Source: Planctomycetota bacterium | GTDB lineage: Bacteria; Planctomycetota; PLA2 | Assembly: GCA_021776785.1 (NCBI GenBank) | Contig: JAJFFF010000043.1 | Span: 4,196 to 68,195 of the forward strand | Length of the DNA: 64,000 nucleotides | Direction: 5' to 3' | Shown here: in pieces, positions 10,130-20,341 of the stretch | How the letters are laid out: each line of letters opens with the position of its first letter | How positions within the stretch are numbered: the first letter of the stretch is position 1 | Position numbers and translations under genes: made by a program | The notes under the pieces: generated by a model | The model's input: the letters and a program-made list of their open reading frames with translations, nothing else | Told to the model about the DNA's origin: nothing | The model's database searches: none

Positions 10130-10375
10130 GCGTCAAGCGTACGCGGGGCGCGGCGCGACCTCCAGCCCGGGCCGCTCCGAAAGAGAGCCGGACGCCCCGG
10201 CGACCGCGCGCGGCGCCACGGGAGGAACCGAACGCCTCGCCGGCAAGCGATATCCGACGGAAAAAGCGTGAGGCCAACGACTTACGGCGGCGACCGTGAG
10301 CTTATTCACGCGCGGCGGGCGCAGGCCGGATAGTTGTGCCGTGGCGATTCGGGTGTGGTTTGCTAACTTCCCGCG

Positions 10376-11890
10376 GTGCCGATTCGAAAAGTCTGTGTCG
10401 CGAATCGCGGCGAAATCGCGGTCCGAGTGATCCGGACCCTGCGCGAGATGGGGATTCGGTCCGTCGCCGTTTTTTCCGACGCCGATCGGCGCGAACTGCA
10501 TGTGCGCGCCGCCGACGAAGCGTATCGAATCGGACCGGCCGCGCCCGGTGAATCGTATCTGCGCGGTGACGTGATCATCGCGACCGCGGTGGCAGCGGGC
10601 TGCGACGCCGTCCACCCGGGGTACGGATTCTTGAGCGAGAACGCGGCGTTCGCCGGCGCCGTCGAAGAGGCGGGCCTCGCGTTCATTGGTCCGACCGCCG
10701 CGACGATTGCGCAGGCGGGCGACAAGATCCAAGCGCGCGTCGTGATGAAAGCGGCGGGCGTGCCGGTGATCCCCGGCAGCGATTCGCCCGAGCCCGACGT
10801 CGCGTCCGCCAAAACAATCGCCGACGCGATCGGGTACCCGGTCGCGCTGAAAGCCGTCGGCGGCGGCGGCGGCAAAGGCATTCGCATCGTGCACGAAGCC
10901 GCGGAGCTGAAGTCGGCGTTCACGCGCGCGTCGTCCGAAGCGGAGACCGCGTTTGGAAACGGTGCGGTGTACGTCGAAAAGTTCCTCGTGCGTCCGCGCC
11001 ATATCGAAATCCAAGTGCTGAGCGATACGCACGGCCATCACTTTCATTTCGGTGAGCGTGAGTGCAGCATTCAACGCCGCCATCAGAAGCTCTTAGAGGA
11101 AGCGCCGTCGCCGACCGTTGACGCAACGCTTCGTGCTGCGATGGGTGCCGCCGCCGTGAAAGCCGCGCGCGCCGTGAACTACCGCGGCGCAGGAACCGTG
11201 GAGTTCTTGCTCGACCAAAGCGGGGAGTTTTACTTCCTCGAAATGAACACCCGCATTCAAGTGGAGCACCCGGTAACCGAGCTTTGCTACGGCATCGACC
11301 TCGTGCGCCAACAGGTGCGCGTCGCGGAAGGGCGCGAGCTCAAGTTTGTGCAAGATGACCTCCAACCCGTCGGACACGCGATCGAAGCGCGGCTCACGGC
11401 GGAAGATCCGGGCGGCGGATTTCTTCCGCAGACCGGCACGGTGCGCGCTGTGCGCATGCCGGAAGGGCCCGGCGTTCGGATCGACTCGAACCTGTACCCC
11501 GGGCAAGAGATCACGCTGTTTTACGACCCGATGATCGGTAAGGTCATCGTGCACGGACGCGACCGCGAGCACGCCATCGCCCGCCTCGAACGCGCGCTGA
11601 CTGAGATGCGTTTGGTCGGAATCATGACCTGCGCCCCGCTCCTGCGCGCCGTGTTGAAAGACGACGCTTACCGGCGCGGCGACGTCGACACCGGATACTT
11701 GGAACGCTTCGTCGAAGAGGTCGATTGGCAAGCGCTGCCCGAAGTGAACGATCTCCCGGCCGAACTCCCGGCCGTGCTGACGGCCGTGCTCTACGCGCAC
11801 CAACAAAAGGGCGCCAGCAAGGCGGTGGTCGCGGATCGCGCCGCGCGCAGCGAGTGGCTGACGGCCGCCCGCGCGGAGATGATGCGATGA
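10376..11890 (+). CDS. accC: Biotin carboxylase subunit of acetyl/propionyl-CoA carboxylase
   Basis: N-terminal KVCVANRGEIAVRVIRT, ATP-grasp GGGGKGIRIV and EMNTRIQVEHPVTE motifs. 504 aa. Its stop overlaps the BCCP start (ATGA at 11887-11890). Confidence 0.9.
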   Translation: MPIRKVCVANRGEIAVRVIRTLREMGIRSVAVFSDADRRELHVRAADEAYRIGPAAPGESYLRGDVIIATAVAAGCDAVHPGYGFLSENAAFAGAVEEAGLAFIGPTAATIAQAGDKIQARVVMKAAGVPVIPGSDSPEPDVASAKTIADAIGYPVALKAVGGGGGKGIRIVHEAAELKSAFTRASSEAETAFGNGAVYVEKFLVRPRHIEIQVLSDTHGHHFHFGERECSIQRRHQKLLEEAPSPTVDATLRAAMGAAAVKAARAVNYRGAGTVEFLLDQSGEFYFLEMNTRIQVEHPVTELCYGIDLVRQQVRVAEGRELKFVQDDLQPVGHAIEARLTAEDPGGGFLPQTGTVRAVRMPEGPGVRIDSNLYPGQEITLFYDPMIGKVIVHGRDREHAIARLERALTEMRLVGIMTCAPLLRAVLKDDAYRRGDVDTGYLERFVEEVDWQALPEVNDLPAELPAVLTAVLYAHQQKGASKAVVADRAARSEWLTAARAEMMR

Positions 11891-12408
11891 AGTATTACGC
11901 GAAAGTCGGCGCGCGCGAGTTTGAATGCACGATGTCTGAGGATGACGGAGCGTTGTTTGTCGAGGTGGACCAAACGCGCTACCGCGTCGATCTCGCCCAC
12001 ATCGAAGCGTCCGCGTCGTACACGCTGCTCGTGGACGGACGCTCGTACGAGTTTGCGTTGCACGAAGATGAAGACGGGATCGAACTCTCGGGCGGCGCTG
12101 GGTTGTTTCGCGTGTGCGTCGAGGACGCGCGCACCCACGCGGCGCGCGCGATGGTCAGCGCCGCGGGAGGGCCGGCGGGGCCGCGCCTCGTCAAAGCCGC
12201 GATGCCCGGAATCGTTCGTGAATTGCTCGTCGAGGACGGCGCGGTCGTAACGAAGGGCCAACCGCTTCTGATTCTGGAAGCGATGAAAATGCAGAACGAA
12301 ATTCGCGCGGATGGCCCGGGCACGGTCACCCGGGTGCACGTCAAGGCGGGCGCCACGGTGGTCAAGGGCGAAAAGCTCCTCGAGCTTGAATCGCCGCCGT
12401 CGCCGTAG
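11887..12408 (+). CDS. Biotin carboxyl carrier protein (biotin/lipoyl attachment domain)
   Basis: Start at ATG 11887 (MKYYAK), overlapping the accC stop. C-terminal biotinyl domain with the EAMKM biotinylation motif (ILEAMKMQNEIRA). The ORF-track start at 11725 lies inside accC in another frame. Confidence 0.8.
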   Translation: MKYYAKVGAREFECTMSEDDGALFVEVDQTRYRVDLAHIEASASYTLLVDGRSYEFALHEDEDGIELSGGAGLFRVCVEDARTHAARAMVSAAGGPAGPRLVKAAMPGIVRELLVEDGAVVTKGQPLLILEAMKMQNEIRADGPGTVTRVHVKAGATVVKGEKLLELESPPSP

Positions 12409-12498
12409 CGCACCGGGTACGCCGCACCCACGTTCGCCCGGGCTTGCAGGCGCCCACCGAATCTGACACGTACGGGCGGATCCTCGTACTCTATAGAT

Positions 12499-15009
12499 GT
12501 GCCGCGCGCTTTTTGGGTTGTTGTGATCGTTTTGGCCGCCGTCGGGGCTGCGGTGTTGACGCGATGGGGCCCGGCGCAGCAGAGCGACCCGAGTTATTTT
12601 CAGGTGCCGCGCGAGTCGCGGGCTTATGTCGGTTCGGTGTTTCGCGCGGGCGTGGCCGCGCCGGGGATTTCCGTTCACCTCCTCGAAAACGTGATCGACG
12701 GGGCGCGCTTTTCGACGACGACCGACGCGTCGGGACGGTTTCAGTTGGAGTGGCGGCCGACGCGGACACACCTGCGCCAAAAGTTGGTGCTCTTAGCGGA
12801 GCTTCCCGACGTGCCGAAGCCTGCGGCCACCGGTCCGAGCACGGGCGTCGTGCAAAAGGCGCGCGCCGGCGAGAACCGCATCGATCTCGCGCCTGCGGTT
12901 TCGTGGTCCGGCCGAACGTCCGGAGGCAGTTCGGTGGGCGTGGTGTGGGCCGGCACGCGTGGCAGCGGCGCCGTCACCGAGGGCGCGGGGCACCTTCCGC
13001 GAAGCGCGCCCGCGGTTGTCCTCGGATTGGCGGACGGATGTGCGCCGCGTTGGCAGACCATGCGCGCGCACGCGGACGAAACAGAATTCGTGCTTCGTTT
13101 ACGCGCGGGCGTCGATGTGTCCATCACGGCGCGGGATCCGTTTGGGAAACCGATCGTCGGCGCGGTCGCGCGACTCGCGGGCACGACCGACATCGCCGCC
13201 GCGCTTCCGCAGTTTCAGACCGACGAAGGTGGTGTCGCGGTCTTGAAGCATCAGTCCGACGGCGACTACATCTCGGTTCGGATGGAAGCGGAAGGATATC
13301 TCCCGGTCCGCGCTGGGGCGTGGCCGGGCCTGGACAACGAAGTCATCTTGTGGCCCGCGCGCACTGTGGAAGTGACGGTGTGGGACGCGTGGAATCAACG
13401 CGGCATCGACAACGCGGGCTTCGACGTCGAACTCTCCGAGGAGCGGAAAGGTCGTTGGCTAGGTCGGAAACTGGGAAGCACGTCGCGACCGATTCTCATG
13501 GCGCCCGGCAAAACGGTGGGGACGTTTCGCCTGCTGTTGCCGCAGTGCGCGTTGGAACTGACGGCGAACGCGACGGGATACTCCACGGAAACGGCGTCGA
13601 TCGGCGCGAACGACGCCCAGGCGCGCATCCGTCTCACGCCGCCGCGACGTCGACACCGCGCTGCGCACTTGGTCCTCATCGCGCCCGATCAAGTCGGCGA
13701 TCTACCGCTCGTCTTGACCGCGGACGACGGGGAATGGGGGCGGCGCGCGCGTTTGAAGGGCGGTCGCGCACGTATCCTCGTCAAGCCGAACACGAAACTG
13801 AAGTTCGCGTCGACACGCGCGGACGGCGGCCAGTGGATCGCACAAACGTCGGTCGAGCCGGTCGCTCCCGGCAAAGAACGCGAAGTGCAAGTCGCGCTCT
13901 TGCCGGCGATTGCGTTGACCGTCCGCACCAATCCGCCCGTCACGGGCACGGTGTATCTAAGCGACGCCGCCTATGAGGACACGTCCAACGCCGAGAGTCG
14001 TCCGCTGATCGATGGGCGCGCGACGTTCGCTGCGCGCCCGCTGCGCGTCATGCGCGTGCGAGTTGTGCCGGACGGAAACTACTTCGAAGAACGTGCCGAA
14101 TTCGTCACCGCCGATACTGATGAGGAGCGCGGGATCGATCTGATCTCCGCCGCCGGGTTCGAGACAACGGTCCGCGAGTTTGAATCGGGCTTACCGGTTT
14201 CGTTTGCGCGCGTTCGTGTCTGGGAGCCGACGGCAAACGGGCGCCTCGAGCTGCGCTTGCCGCCGCGCGTGTCGTTTGCGGACGCAAACGGCGTCGTCCG
14301 CGTCGTCGGACTGAGGCGCGGCGAGATGGCGTATGAGATCGATGCGCCGTATCTAACCGTGCATCGCGGCGGTGTGGTTCGGCTCGACGAAGGCGTCGTC
14401 AAGAAACTGCCGGGCGTGACGTTGCCGCCGCAGTCCCGTTGGTCGGGCATGGTCGTCGACGAGCTTGGCCACCGACAAGTCGGAAAGAAACTCGCCGTCA
14501 TGCGACCCGAGGTTTATCGCCTGAAGTTCGCCAACGGCGGCGAACGTCGTTTGTTTAACCTGACGTCGATCGCGTTGCCGACGGCGTGTGCCGATCGTGA
14601 CGGAAACTTCTCCGTACCCGACCCGTGGGTGCCCGACACCGATATCGCGGCGCTTAAGGTGGGGCGCGAGAGCCTGCTGGTGGTTCTGTCGGAGGGCAGT
14701 TCGAAGTTTGCGCATACTGTGATCACCGCGCGCAACCTCGCCGAAAACGACGGCAAGGCTGCGATCGGTGAGGGCGGGCGCGTTCAGATCTTTCTCAATG
14801 GCCGGGTGAACGGTGTCTATCTGCTTTTGCCGGGCGGTGTCAACGCGGTGCTGTTGCGCGGCGACCCGTCGATGACCGTGCGCCCGCTGCCGGTGCACCT
14901 GCCGGGGGGAACGCACACGTTGCACGTGCAAATGCGGGACGGGCGCCAGGCGACGACGACGCTCAATTGTCCGCCCGGCGAAATCGTCGATTGGCACGCC
15001 TTTCCCTAG
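12499..15009 (+). CDS. Membrane-anchored hypothetical protein with carboxypeptidase-regulatory-like beta-sandwich repeats
   Basis: GTG start. N-terminal signal anchor FWVVVIVLAAVGAAVL. Repeats with TDASGRFQLEW and CADRDGNFSVPDPW motifs. 836 aa. Confidence 0.6.
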   Translation: MPRAFWVVVIVLAAVGAAVLTRWGPAQQSDPSYFQVPRESRAYVGSVFRAGVAAPGISVHLLENVIDGARFSTTTDASGRFQLEWRPTRTHLRQKLVLLAELPDVPKPAATGPSTGVVQKARAGENRIDLAPAVSWSGRTSGGSSVGVVWAGTRGSGAVTEGAGHLPRSAPAVVLGLADGCAPRWQTMRAHADETEFVLRLRAGVDVSITARDPFGKPIVGAVARLAGTTDIAAALPQFQTDEGGVAVLKHQSDGDYISVRMEAEGYLPVRAGAWPGLDNEVILWPARTVEVTVWDAWNQRGIDNAGFDVELSEERKGRWLGRKLGSTSRPILMAPGKTVGTFRLLLPQCALELTANATGYSTETASIGANDAQARIRLTPPRRRHRAAHLVLIAPDQVGDLPLVLTADDGEWGRRARLKGGRARILVKPNTKLKFASTRADGGQWIAQTSVEPVAPGKEREVQVALLPAIALTVRTNPPVTGTVYLSDAAYEDTSNAESRPLIDGRATFAARPLRVMRVRVVPDGNYFEERAEFVTADTDEERGIDLISAAGFETTVREFESGLPVSFARVRVWEPTANGRLELRLPPRVSFADANGVVRVVGLRRGEMAYEIDAPYLTVHRGGVVRLDEGVVKKLPGVTLPPQSRWSGMVVDELGHRQVGKKLAVMRPEVYRLKFANGGERRLFNLTSIALPTACADRDGNFSVPDPWVPDTDIAALKVGRESLLVVLSEGSSKFAHTVITARNLAENDGKAAIGEGGRVQIFLNGRVNGVYLLLPGGVNAVLLRGDPSMTVRPLPVHLPGGTHTLHVQMRDGRQATTTLNCPPGEIVDWHAFP

Positions 15010-15037
15010 GCTCCATCGAAACCATGGCCCGCGTTCG

Positions 15038-16054
15038 GTGGGCCGCATCACCGCAGGATCGGCGCGCCGCATCCTCGCGGTCTCTCGTTTGGCGCAGCAT
15101 CTTTCCGTTCGCGTGAACAATGGGCGGCGTGCACGTACCATTGGGCGCGTGCGCGAACGTGATTTAGACGAATTCAACTCGATCTTTAAACGATCGATCA
15201 TTCCCACCATTGAAGTCGAGAAGATTGAGGTCTCGACCATTCTTGTGCTGGCGGATTTCTCCGCCACCTCGCAGTCGTGCGTGGACGTGGCGCAAGCGCT
15301 GGCGCGTCGGTTCGCCGGCGCGCGTGTTTGCATTCGATTTTTGCTGCACGAAGGGGACGTCGCACACCGCGCCGAAGCCGAGCAAGCGTTGGATAGGTGG
15401 AACGCCGACGAAAAGAGCATTCTCGTCGGAGATCCGGCCGGATCCATCGAGGGCATGTTCGCGGGCAAGCCGCCGTCGATGGTTGTGGCGCCGACGCCGT
15501 TTCGCCGCCATGACCCGACGCCGACGAGTGATGCCGCCGGCGCCTTCGTCGATCAATTGCTGGTCGCGACGCCGGTTCCGACGCTGCTGCTGCGCGGCAA
15601 AACCGACGAGTCGATCTTTCAATCGATCCTCGCGAAGATCCCCGGCGGTCGCCACGAGTTGATCGAACAGTTCTCGTTCGCCTTTGCGTTGTGCCCGCCG
15701 GGCGGGAAGGTGCGGCTGTTGCACGTCGTCGAAGCCGAACGTCTCAACGAGCTGGCCGAAATCTTAGAGGTCACCCCGGGCATCGACACCGACGAAGGTT
15801 CCGCTGAGCTGCTGCACGCGATCGAAATGCGCATGAACCACCTCCTGCGCGGGGCGCTGCGCACGGGCAAGGATGCCGCGTTCGAGGTCGTCGCCGATCT
15901 TAAGGTCGGGGACCCGTTCAAAATTGTTCCGGCGGCGGCTGCGGACTGCTCGATGATTATCTTGGGGTCTGCGACGAGCCACACGGAGTTCCTGGACTCG
16001 CGCGCCTATCAACTTATGAAAGCGCTGCCGGGCCTTCCGGTCTTGGCGCTTTAG
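15038..16054 (+). CDS. Universal stress protein family protein (tandem UspA domains)
   Basis: Two USP-like halves (ILVLADFSATSQ..., KVRLLHVVEAE...GDPFKIVPAAAADCSMIILGS). The true start may be downstream of 15038, since the first ~55 codons are R-rich. Confidence 0.55.
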   Translation: MGRITAGSARRILAVSRLAQHLSVRVNNGRRARTIGRVRERDLDEFNSIFKRSIIPTIEVEKIEVSTILVLADFSATSQSCVDVAQALARRFAGARVCIRFLLHEGDVAHRAEAEQALDRWNADEKSILVGDPAGSIEGMFAGKPPSMVVAPTPFRRHDPTPTSDAAGAFVDQLLVATPVPTLLLRGKTDESIFQSILAKIPGGRHELIEQFSFAFALCPPGGKVRLLHVVEAERLNELAEILEVTPGIDTDEGSAELLHAIEMRMNHLLRGALRTGKDAAFEVVADLKVGDPFKIVPAAAADCSMIILGSATSHTEFLDSRAYQLMKALPGLPVLAL

Positions 16055-16063
16055 GCAGACGCT

Positions 16064-17389
16064 GTGGAAACCATCTTTTTCGCGTCGTTGCTCATCGCGA
16101 CGCTCCTCTGTCTCGCGTTCGAAGTGTTGCCGAAAGCCGTGTTGGCGCTTGTCGTCGCGGGCATCAGCTTGTTCGCCGCCATTGCGTTCGGCATGAAGTT
16201 CGGCGACGGCCACGGCGGCGGCCATCTCATTCCCGCGCCCGTGCAACTGATTGAGTGGCCCACACTGGGCGTGATCATCGGGAGCTCGATCTTTGTCGAG
16301 ATCGCGGCGCGCTCCGGCATCTTTACCTGGTCCGCGATCCGGCTGCTCAAGGCGAGCAAGGGCGATCCGTGGAAGCTGCTTTTGCTGTTGGGCGTGCTGA
16401 CGTTGCTGTTTAGCGCGTTCCTCAACAACGTGACCGCCATGATCATCGTCGGCTCGCTGACGGTGGTGGCGTGCAAAAACCTAGGACTTGACGCGAAGCC
16501 GTACCTCCTCACCGAAGCGTTTTTGACCAACGTCGGCGGTCTGCTGACGCTGATCTCGTCGTTGCCCAACATCATCCTCGGGCAGGTCGCCGGGATCTCG
16601 TTTCTCCGCTTTTTCCTGGTCGCCGCGCCGTACTGCCTCCTTGCATCCGCCGCGACGCTGATTCTCGCGCGCCGCATCTTTAAGATTCAGCCGTTTCGCG
16701 ATGAGGAAAAACGTAAACACGCGGAGCAGCGCGTGATGGAGTTCGACGAGTGGGAGACCGTCTCGGACCGCCGCTTTTTTAACGCGGCTTGGTTCGTGAC
16801 GGGAGGCGTCGTGGTCCTGTTCGCGCTGCAGAGCTATCTGCCGGTGTTTAAGAGCGAGCACCTTGGGTTGCAGTTCGTGGCCTTTTTGGGCGCGACCGTG
16901 ATGCTTCTCCTGCGCCCCAAAGCCGTCGAGGAAGCGCTGCGCAAAGTCGAGTGGTCACTCGTTTTTTTCTTTGTCGGGTTGTTCGTGCTGATCGGCGTCT
17001 GCGAGAAAGCGGGCGTCCTCGCGATCATGGGGAAGGGGATCACGGCCCTGATCGACGGCACAGGGATTTATGCGTCCGCGATTTTGGTGTGGGTCACCGG
17101 CATTTTGAGCGGGTTGACGGATAACGTGCCGCTCGCGGCGATGCTGGGCAAGATGCTGGATCCGGCGGTCATCAAAGAGGACGTGTTTTGGGCCGCGATC
17201 ATTGGCGGCAACCTGGGCGGCAACATTACGCCGATTGGTTCGGCGGCCGTTGTGGTCGGCGTGACGTTGATGAAGCGCGAAGGGATCAAGATCACGTTCG
17301 TCGGTTTTATGAAGACCGCGGCGCCGTTTGCGATCACGCAGCTGATCATCGGATCGATCTACCTGCTGATCATCCGCACGCTACTTTGA
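16064..17389 (+). CDS. ArsB/NhaD-superfamily anion permease (citrate-transporter-like)
   Basis: 441 aa with about 10-12 TM segments and an internal repeat. Motifs SAFLNNVTAMIIV and GGNLGGNITPIGSAA are typical of the ArsB/NhaD/CitMHS permease fold. Lies 10 nt after the USP gene. Confidence 0.75.
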   Translation: METIFFASLLIATLLCLAFEVLPKAVLALVVAGISLFAAIAFGMKFGDGHGGGHLIPAPVQLIEWPTLGVIIGSSIFVEIAARSGIFTWSAIRLLKASKGDPWKLLLLLGVLTLLFSAFLNNVTAMIIVGSLTVVACKNLGLDAKPYLLTEAFLTNVGGLLTLISSLPNIILGQVAGISFLRFFLVAAPYCLLASAATLILARRIFKIQPFRDEEKRKHAEQRVMEFDEWETVSDRRFFNAAWFVTGGVVVLFALQSYLPVFKSEHLGLQFVAFLGATVMLLLRPKAVEEALRKVEWSLVFFFVGLFVLIGVCEKAGVLAIMGKGITALIDGTGIYASAILVWVTGILSGLTDNVPLAAMLGKMLDPAVIKEDVFWAAIIGGNLGGNITPIGSAAVVVGVTLMKREGIKITFVGFMKTAAPFAITQLIIGSIYLLIIRTLL

Positions 17390-19264
17390 TGGCGTTTCCA
17401 ACCGCCACCAACCACCCAGCACGGGGTGAAGACCCGTCGCGGCCGCGCGTTCCGCGGCCGCTTTCGCACCGTTTAAGAGCGCGCGAAAGTCGTCGAGCAC
17501 GTGGCCGTTGTCGCCGATATAGCTGTGGCCGCCGCTCACGCCCGACACGTCGATTGTGTCCATCCCGGGCACCGTGACCACGCGTCCAGCGCGGACTTCC
17601 CCCGCGACTTGGACGTTGCCTCGCAGACTACGCGACGCGACGAGCGCGTAGTCGTTCTTAGAAGCGTAGAGCGTCACGCGATGCGTCACGTTGACGAGAG
17701 CGGGTGCGATGTATTGCTCGAAAATATCGGCGTCGATGTCGGGCGCGGCCAAAATGACGTTCTTGTAGATGTTGGTGTGTTCGGATCCGCCGAGCGCCAA
17801 ACGGTCGAGCGCTTCGGTGAGGACGTAGCCGCCCATGGAATGGCCGACAAGGTAAATCGTTGCGGCGCCTGACTTGGCGCGCAGGTCCAGGAGGAACGCG
17901 GCGAGGTGACGCACCGCCCAACGGGCATGGCCCTTGTCGGCCTCATACATCGGGATCTCGCCCTGACTCGGCCACGAGTAGAGAATCGGCGCGCCGTCGA
18001 ACTGGACGTCCCATGCGATTTGCGCGGTGCGCCACACGGCCTCGCGAAACTCGACGTTGTAGCCGTGCACGAACACAAACGCGCGCTTGCCTTCCGACGT
18101 TGCCACCCGATCGCGGATGCCGCCAAAAAAGATGTCCTCCTCCTGCCGCTTGAGGCGCACCAGCATGATGTGCTCGTCGCGCTCGGGAAGAAGTTCGAGG
18201 CGCCAGATGCGCGGGCGCTCAATTTCGCCGGGTTCGTGGCCCGGCGGAATGCTCACGTCGCAGATCCCGACGTCGTAGCCGCGGGTCCGGACGTTTTCGT
18301 TTGTGCTTCGCTCCGTTCCGTACAGCGTGCCGAGACGTTCGTGTTCGCGCATGACCTGGAGCGTCTGGCGTGCCGTGAAAAACGTAAACACGAGCCAGGC
18401 GAGTGTGAGCGCGACCCAGACGTAGCGGCGCAACGCTACGGCCAAAAGTTTCGGCAATAAGATGACGCCAAACAACGCGAGTGCGACCCAACGGAACTGT
18501 GCGAATAGCCAGCCGCGGTCCGGCTTGAACGTGGCGCGATCGGTCGCAAAATACACGCGGACCAAACGTTCGCGGTCCGGCGCGCCGGTCTCGATTTCAT
18601 GAGCGAGGTCGGGTTCGTCGCTGAGCGGGGTCAACGGAGTCTCTCGATCGAGCGCGGCGAGCCAGTCTTGGATCTCGGGCACGTGGGGCAGCAGCTCACG
18701 CAACTCGCGCGCTGTGTTTACGGCCGCGTCCATGTCGTCCACCTGTACCGAGAGCAGCAAAAACTCGTGGTAGAAGCGCGCCGCCAGCGGAAACCAACCC
18801 AGGTCGCGTGCGCGTCGCGCCGCATCGTCGGCGAGCTCGCGCGCGGGCTTGCGTTGTTTGTCTTTGAGGAGGAGCGCGAGGCGAGCTTCATCGATGCGAA
18901 GGCGCAGGATCGGACCCGCCGCATCGATGGCGGCCAGCGCTTCGGTCGTGGACGCGCGGACCCACGCGGCGCGTGCGGTGGCATCGCGGTCGTCGGTGTT
19001 GCCGACGGCGCGCACGAGCTGCTCGTTTTGGCACGCGCGCGCCCACGCCAAAGCCGCTTGTGGCTCCCCGCGACCGATCAGTTCATCGGCGACAAGCCAC
19101 GGGCGCGCGTCGGCGCTTTTTGCAAGCGCGTCCAACGGCGCTCGATCGTCACCGCGTACGGCGGTCAGGACGGCGTCGACTTGTTCGCCCAACGGGCCAG
19201 CGGACGCACGCGCCGCCAGGGCCAACAAAACAAGCAATACCCACAAAGATCGCATCTGCCCCAT
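17381..19264 (-). CDS. Membrane-associated alpha/beta hydrolase (DUF900-type esterase/lipase) with N-terminal TPR-like region
   Basis: Signal peptide MGQMRSLWVLLVLLALAARASA, two TM helices mid-protein, and a C-terminal hydrolase domain with the GHSMGG nucleophile elbow (YLVGHSMGGYVL). Confidence 0.7.
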   Translation of the reverse strand: MGQMRSLWVLLVLLALAARASAGPLGEQVDAVLTAVRGDDRAPLDALAKSADARPWLVADELIGRGEPQAALAWARACQNEQLVRAVGNTDDRDATARAAWVRASTTEALAAIDAAGPILRLRIDEARLALLLKDKQRKPARELADDAARRARDLGWFPLAARFYHEFLLLSVQVDDMDAAVNTARELRELLPHVPEIQDWLAALDRETPLTPLSDEPDLAHEIETGAPDRERLVRVYFATDRATFKPDRGWLFAQFRWVALALFGVILLPKLLAVALRRYVWVALTLAWLVFTFFTARQTLQVMREHERLGTLYGTERSTNENVRTRGYDVGICDVSIPPGHEPGEIERPRIWRLELLPERDEHIMLVRLKRQEEDIFFGGIRDRVATSEGKRAFVFVHGYNVEFREAVWRTAQIAWDVQFDGAPILYSWPSQGEIPMYEADKGHARWAVRHLAAFLLDLRAKSGAATIYLVGHSMGGYVLTEALDRLALGGSEHTNIYKNVILAAPDIDADIFEQYIAPALVNVTHRVTLYASKNDYALVASRSLRGNVQVAGEVRAGRVVTVPGMDTIDVSGVSGGHSYIGDNGHVLDDFRALLNGAKAAAERAAATGLHPVLGGWWRLETPSK

Positions 19265-19495
19265 TGGACGAAATGGGGGGGGCCGGGTTCCAGTGCCGTT
19301 TGATGCCGCTAGACAACGAATCTTTGTGCGAGCTGGGATTCGCTTCGCTCCAAACGGGCTGCGAGCGCGGCCTCGTCCGGTTTCTTACGAGATTCCGTCA
19401 GGATGCGGCGGACTTGCGGAATACGTAACCGCCGCGGCGGCGCGGGATAGAACGAAACAAAGCAACGGTTCTGGTTCGTATCGGAAGGCGCGCGT

Positions 19496-20284
19496 CTATT
19501 CGATGTGTTCTCGCAACGCTTGTTCGCACCGCTCCGCTTGGGAGCGCAGAGGATCGACGTCGTGAGCGTTGGTCCGGGACTCGGCGAGCGCTTTTCCTCT
19601 TTCCAGCCGCTTGCGCGCTTCGTCGCGGTCGCCCGCATCGATCGCAATCTCGGCGCAACTGAGCTGCAGGATCGGCTCGTCGGGTAGCGCCGTGGCCGCG
19701 CTCTTGATCATGCGGAGTGCTGTTTGCGCGTCCCCGCATCGCCACAATGCGAGCGCATGGTTGGCCCGCAACGCCGCGCCCCGCGGTGCGAGTTTGTGGG
19801 TGTCGTCGAACACATCCGCAAGCGCCTCATCGTTGTCGGACTCACTCTGTGCTTCTCGGCGCGCGCGGTCGTCCGCCTGCGCGAAAGCCGCGAGCGCTTC
19901 TTGCCAACGCTCCTGCGTGTACAGGGCGAGACCCAACGCGGCGTAGGCGTCGACATCGGCGCGCGCCTTGACCATGGAACGGGCGATCGACTCCGCGTCG
20001 GCGGGCGCATTGCGCTTCATCGCTTTGGCGAAACTCGCATCGAATCCAAACAGGCGTTCGATAAGGACGCCGGCGACCATACCGAGCGCGGCACCCGCGA
20101 GAATCGGACCGATTTGGGCCGCCAACTGACGCCCGATCAAGTTGTGAACCATCACCGTTCCGAGCGTGAGTCCCACGAGGACCGGGATGGGCCACGAGCG
20201 TGCGTAGCGAACCGACCACCACATCGCCACCGTGCCCGCGGCTAAGAATGCAAAAAACCACGCGCTCGGGGCCATCCCGCGCAT
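19496..20284 (-). CDS. Membrane protein with C-terminal TPR-like repeats
   Basis: Start chosen at ATG 20284 (MRGMAPSAWFFAFLAAGTVAMWW), giving three TM helices then helical repeats. The longer ORF-track start at 20674 overlaps the divergent HAD gene region and is R-rich. Confidence 0.5.
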   Translation of the reverse strand: MRGMAPSAWFFAFLAAGTVAMWWSVRYARSWPIPVLVGLTLGTVMVHNLIGRQLAAQIGPILAGAALGMVAGVLIERLFGFDASFAKAMKRNAPADAESIARSMVKARADVDAYAALGLALYTQERWQEALAAFAQADDRARREAQSESDNDEALADVFDDTHKLAPRGAALRANHALALWRCGDAQTALRMIKSAATALPDEPILQLSCAEIAIDAGDRDEARKRLERGKALAESRTNAHDVDPLRSQAERCEQALREHIE

Positions 20285-20341
20285 CGTACCCGATCGCGCG
20301 CAACGCTTGACGACGCGGCTGGGCGGCGTTCTGCTGTTGGT

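Noticed and set aside
10133-11083. 316-aa minus-strand ORF (similar antisense ORFs at 11093-11806 and 11791-12780)
   Set aside because: Antisense shadows of accC and BCCP. R/G/H-rich with no motifs.
12444-13976. 510-aa plus-strand ORF in an alternative frame
   Set aside because: Out-of-frame overlap with the 836-aa gene (12499-15009). Translation is poly-Arg/Gly noise.
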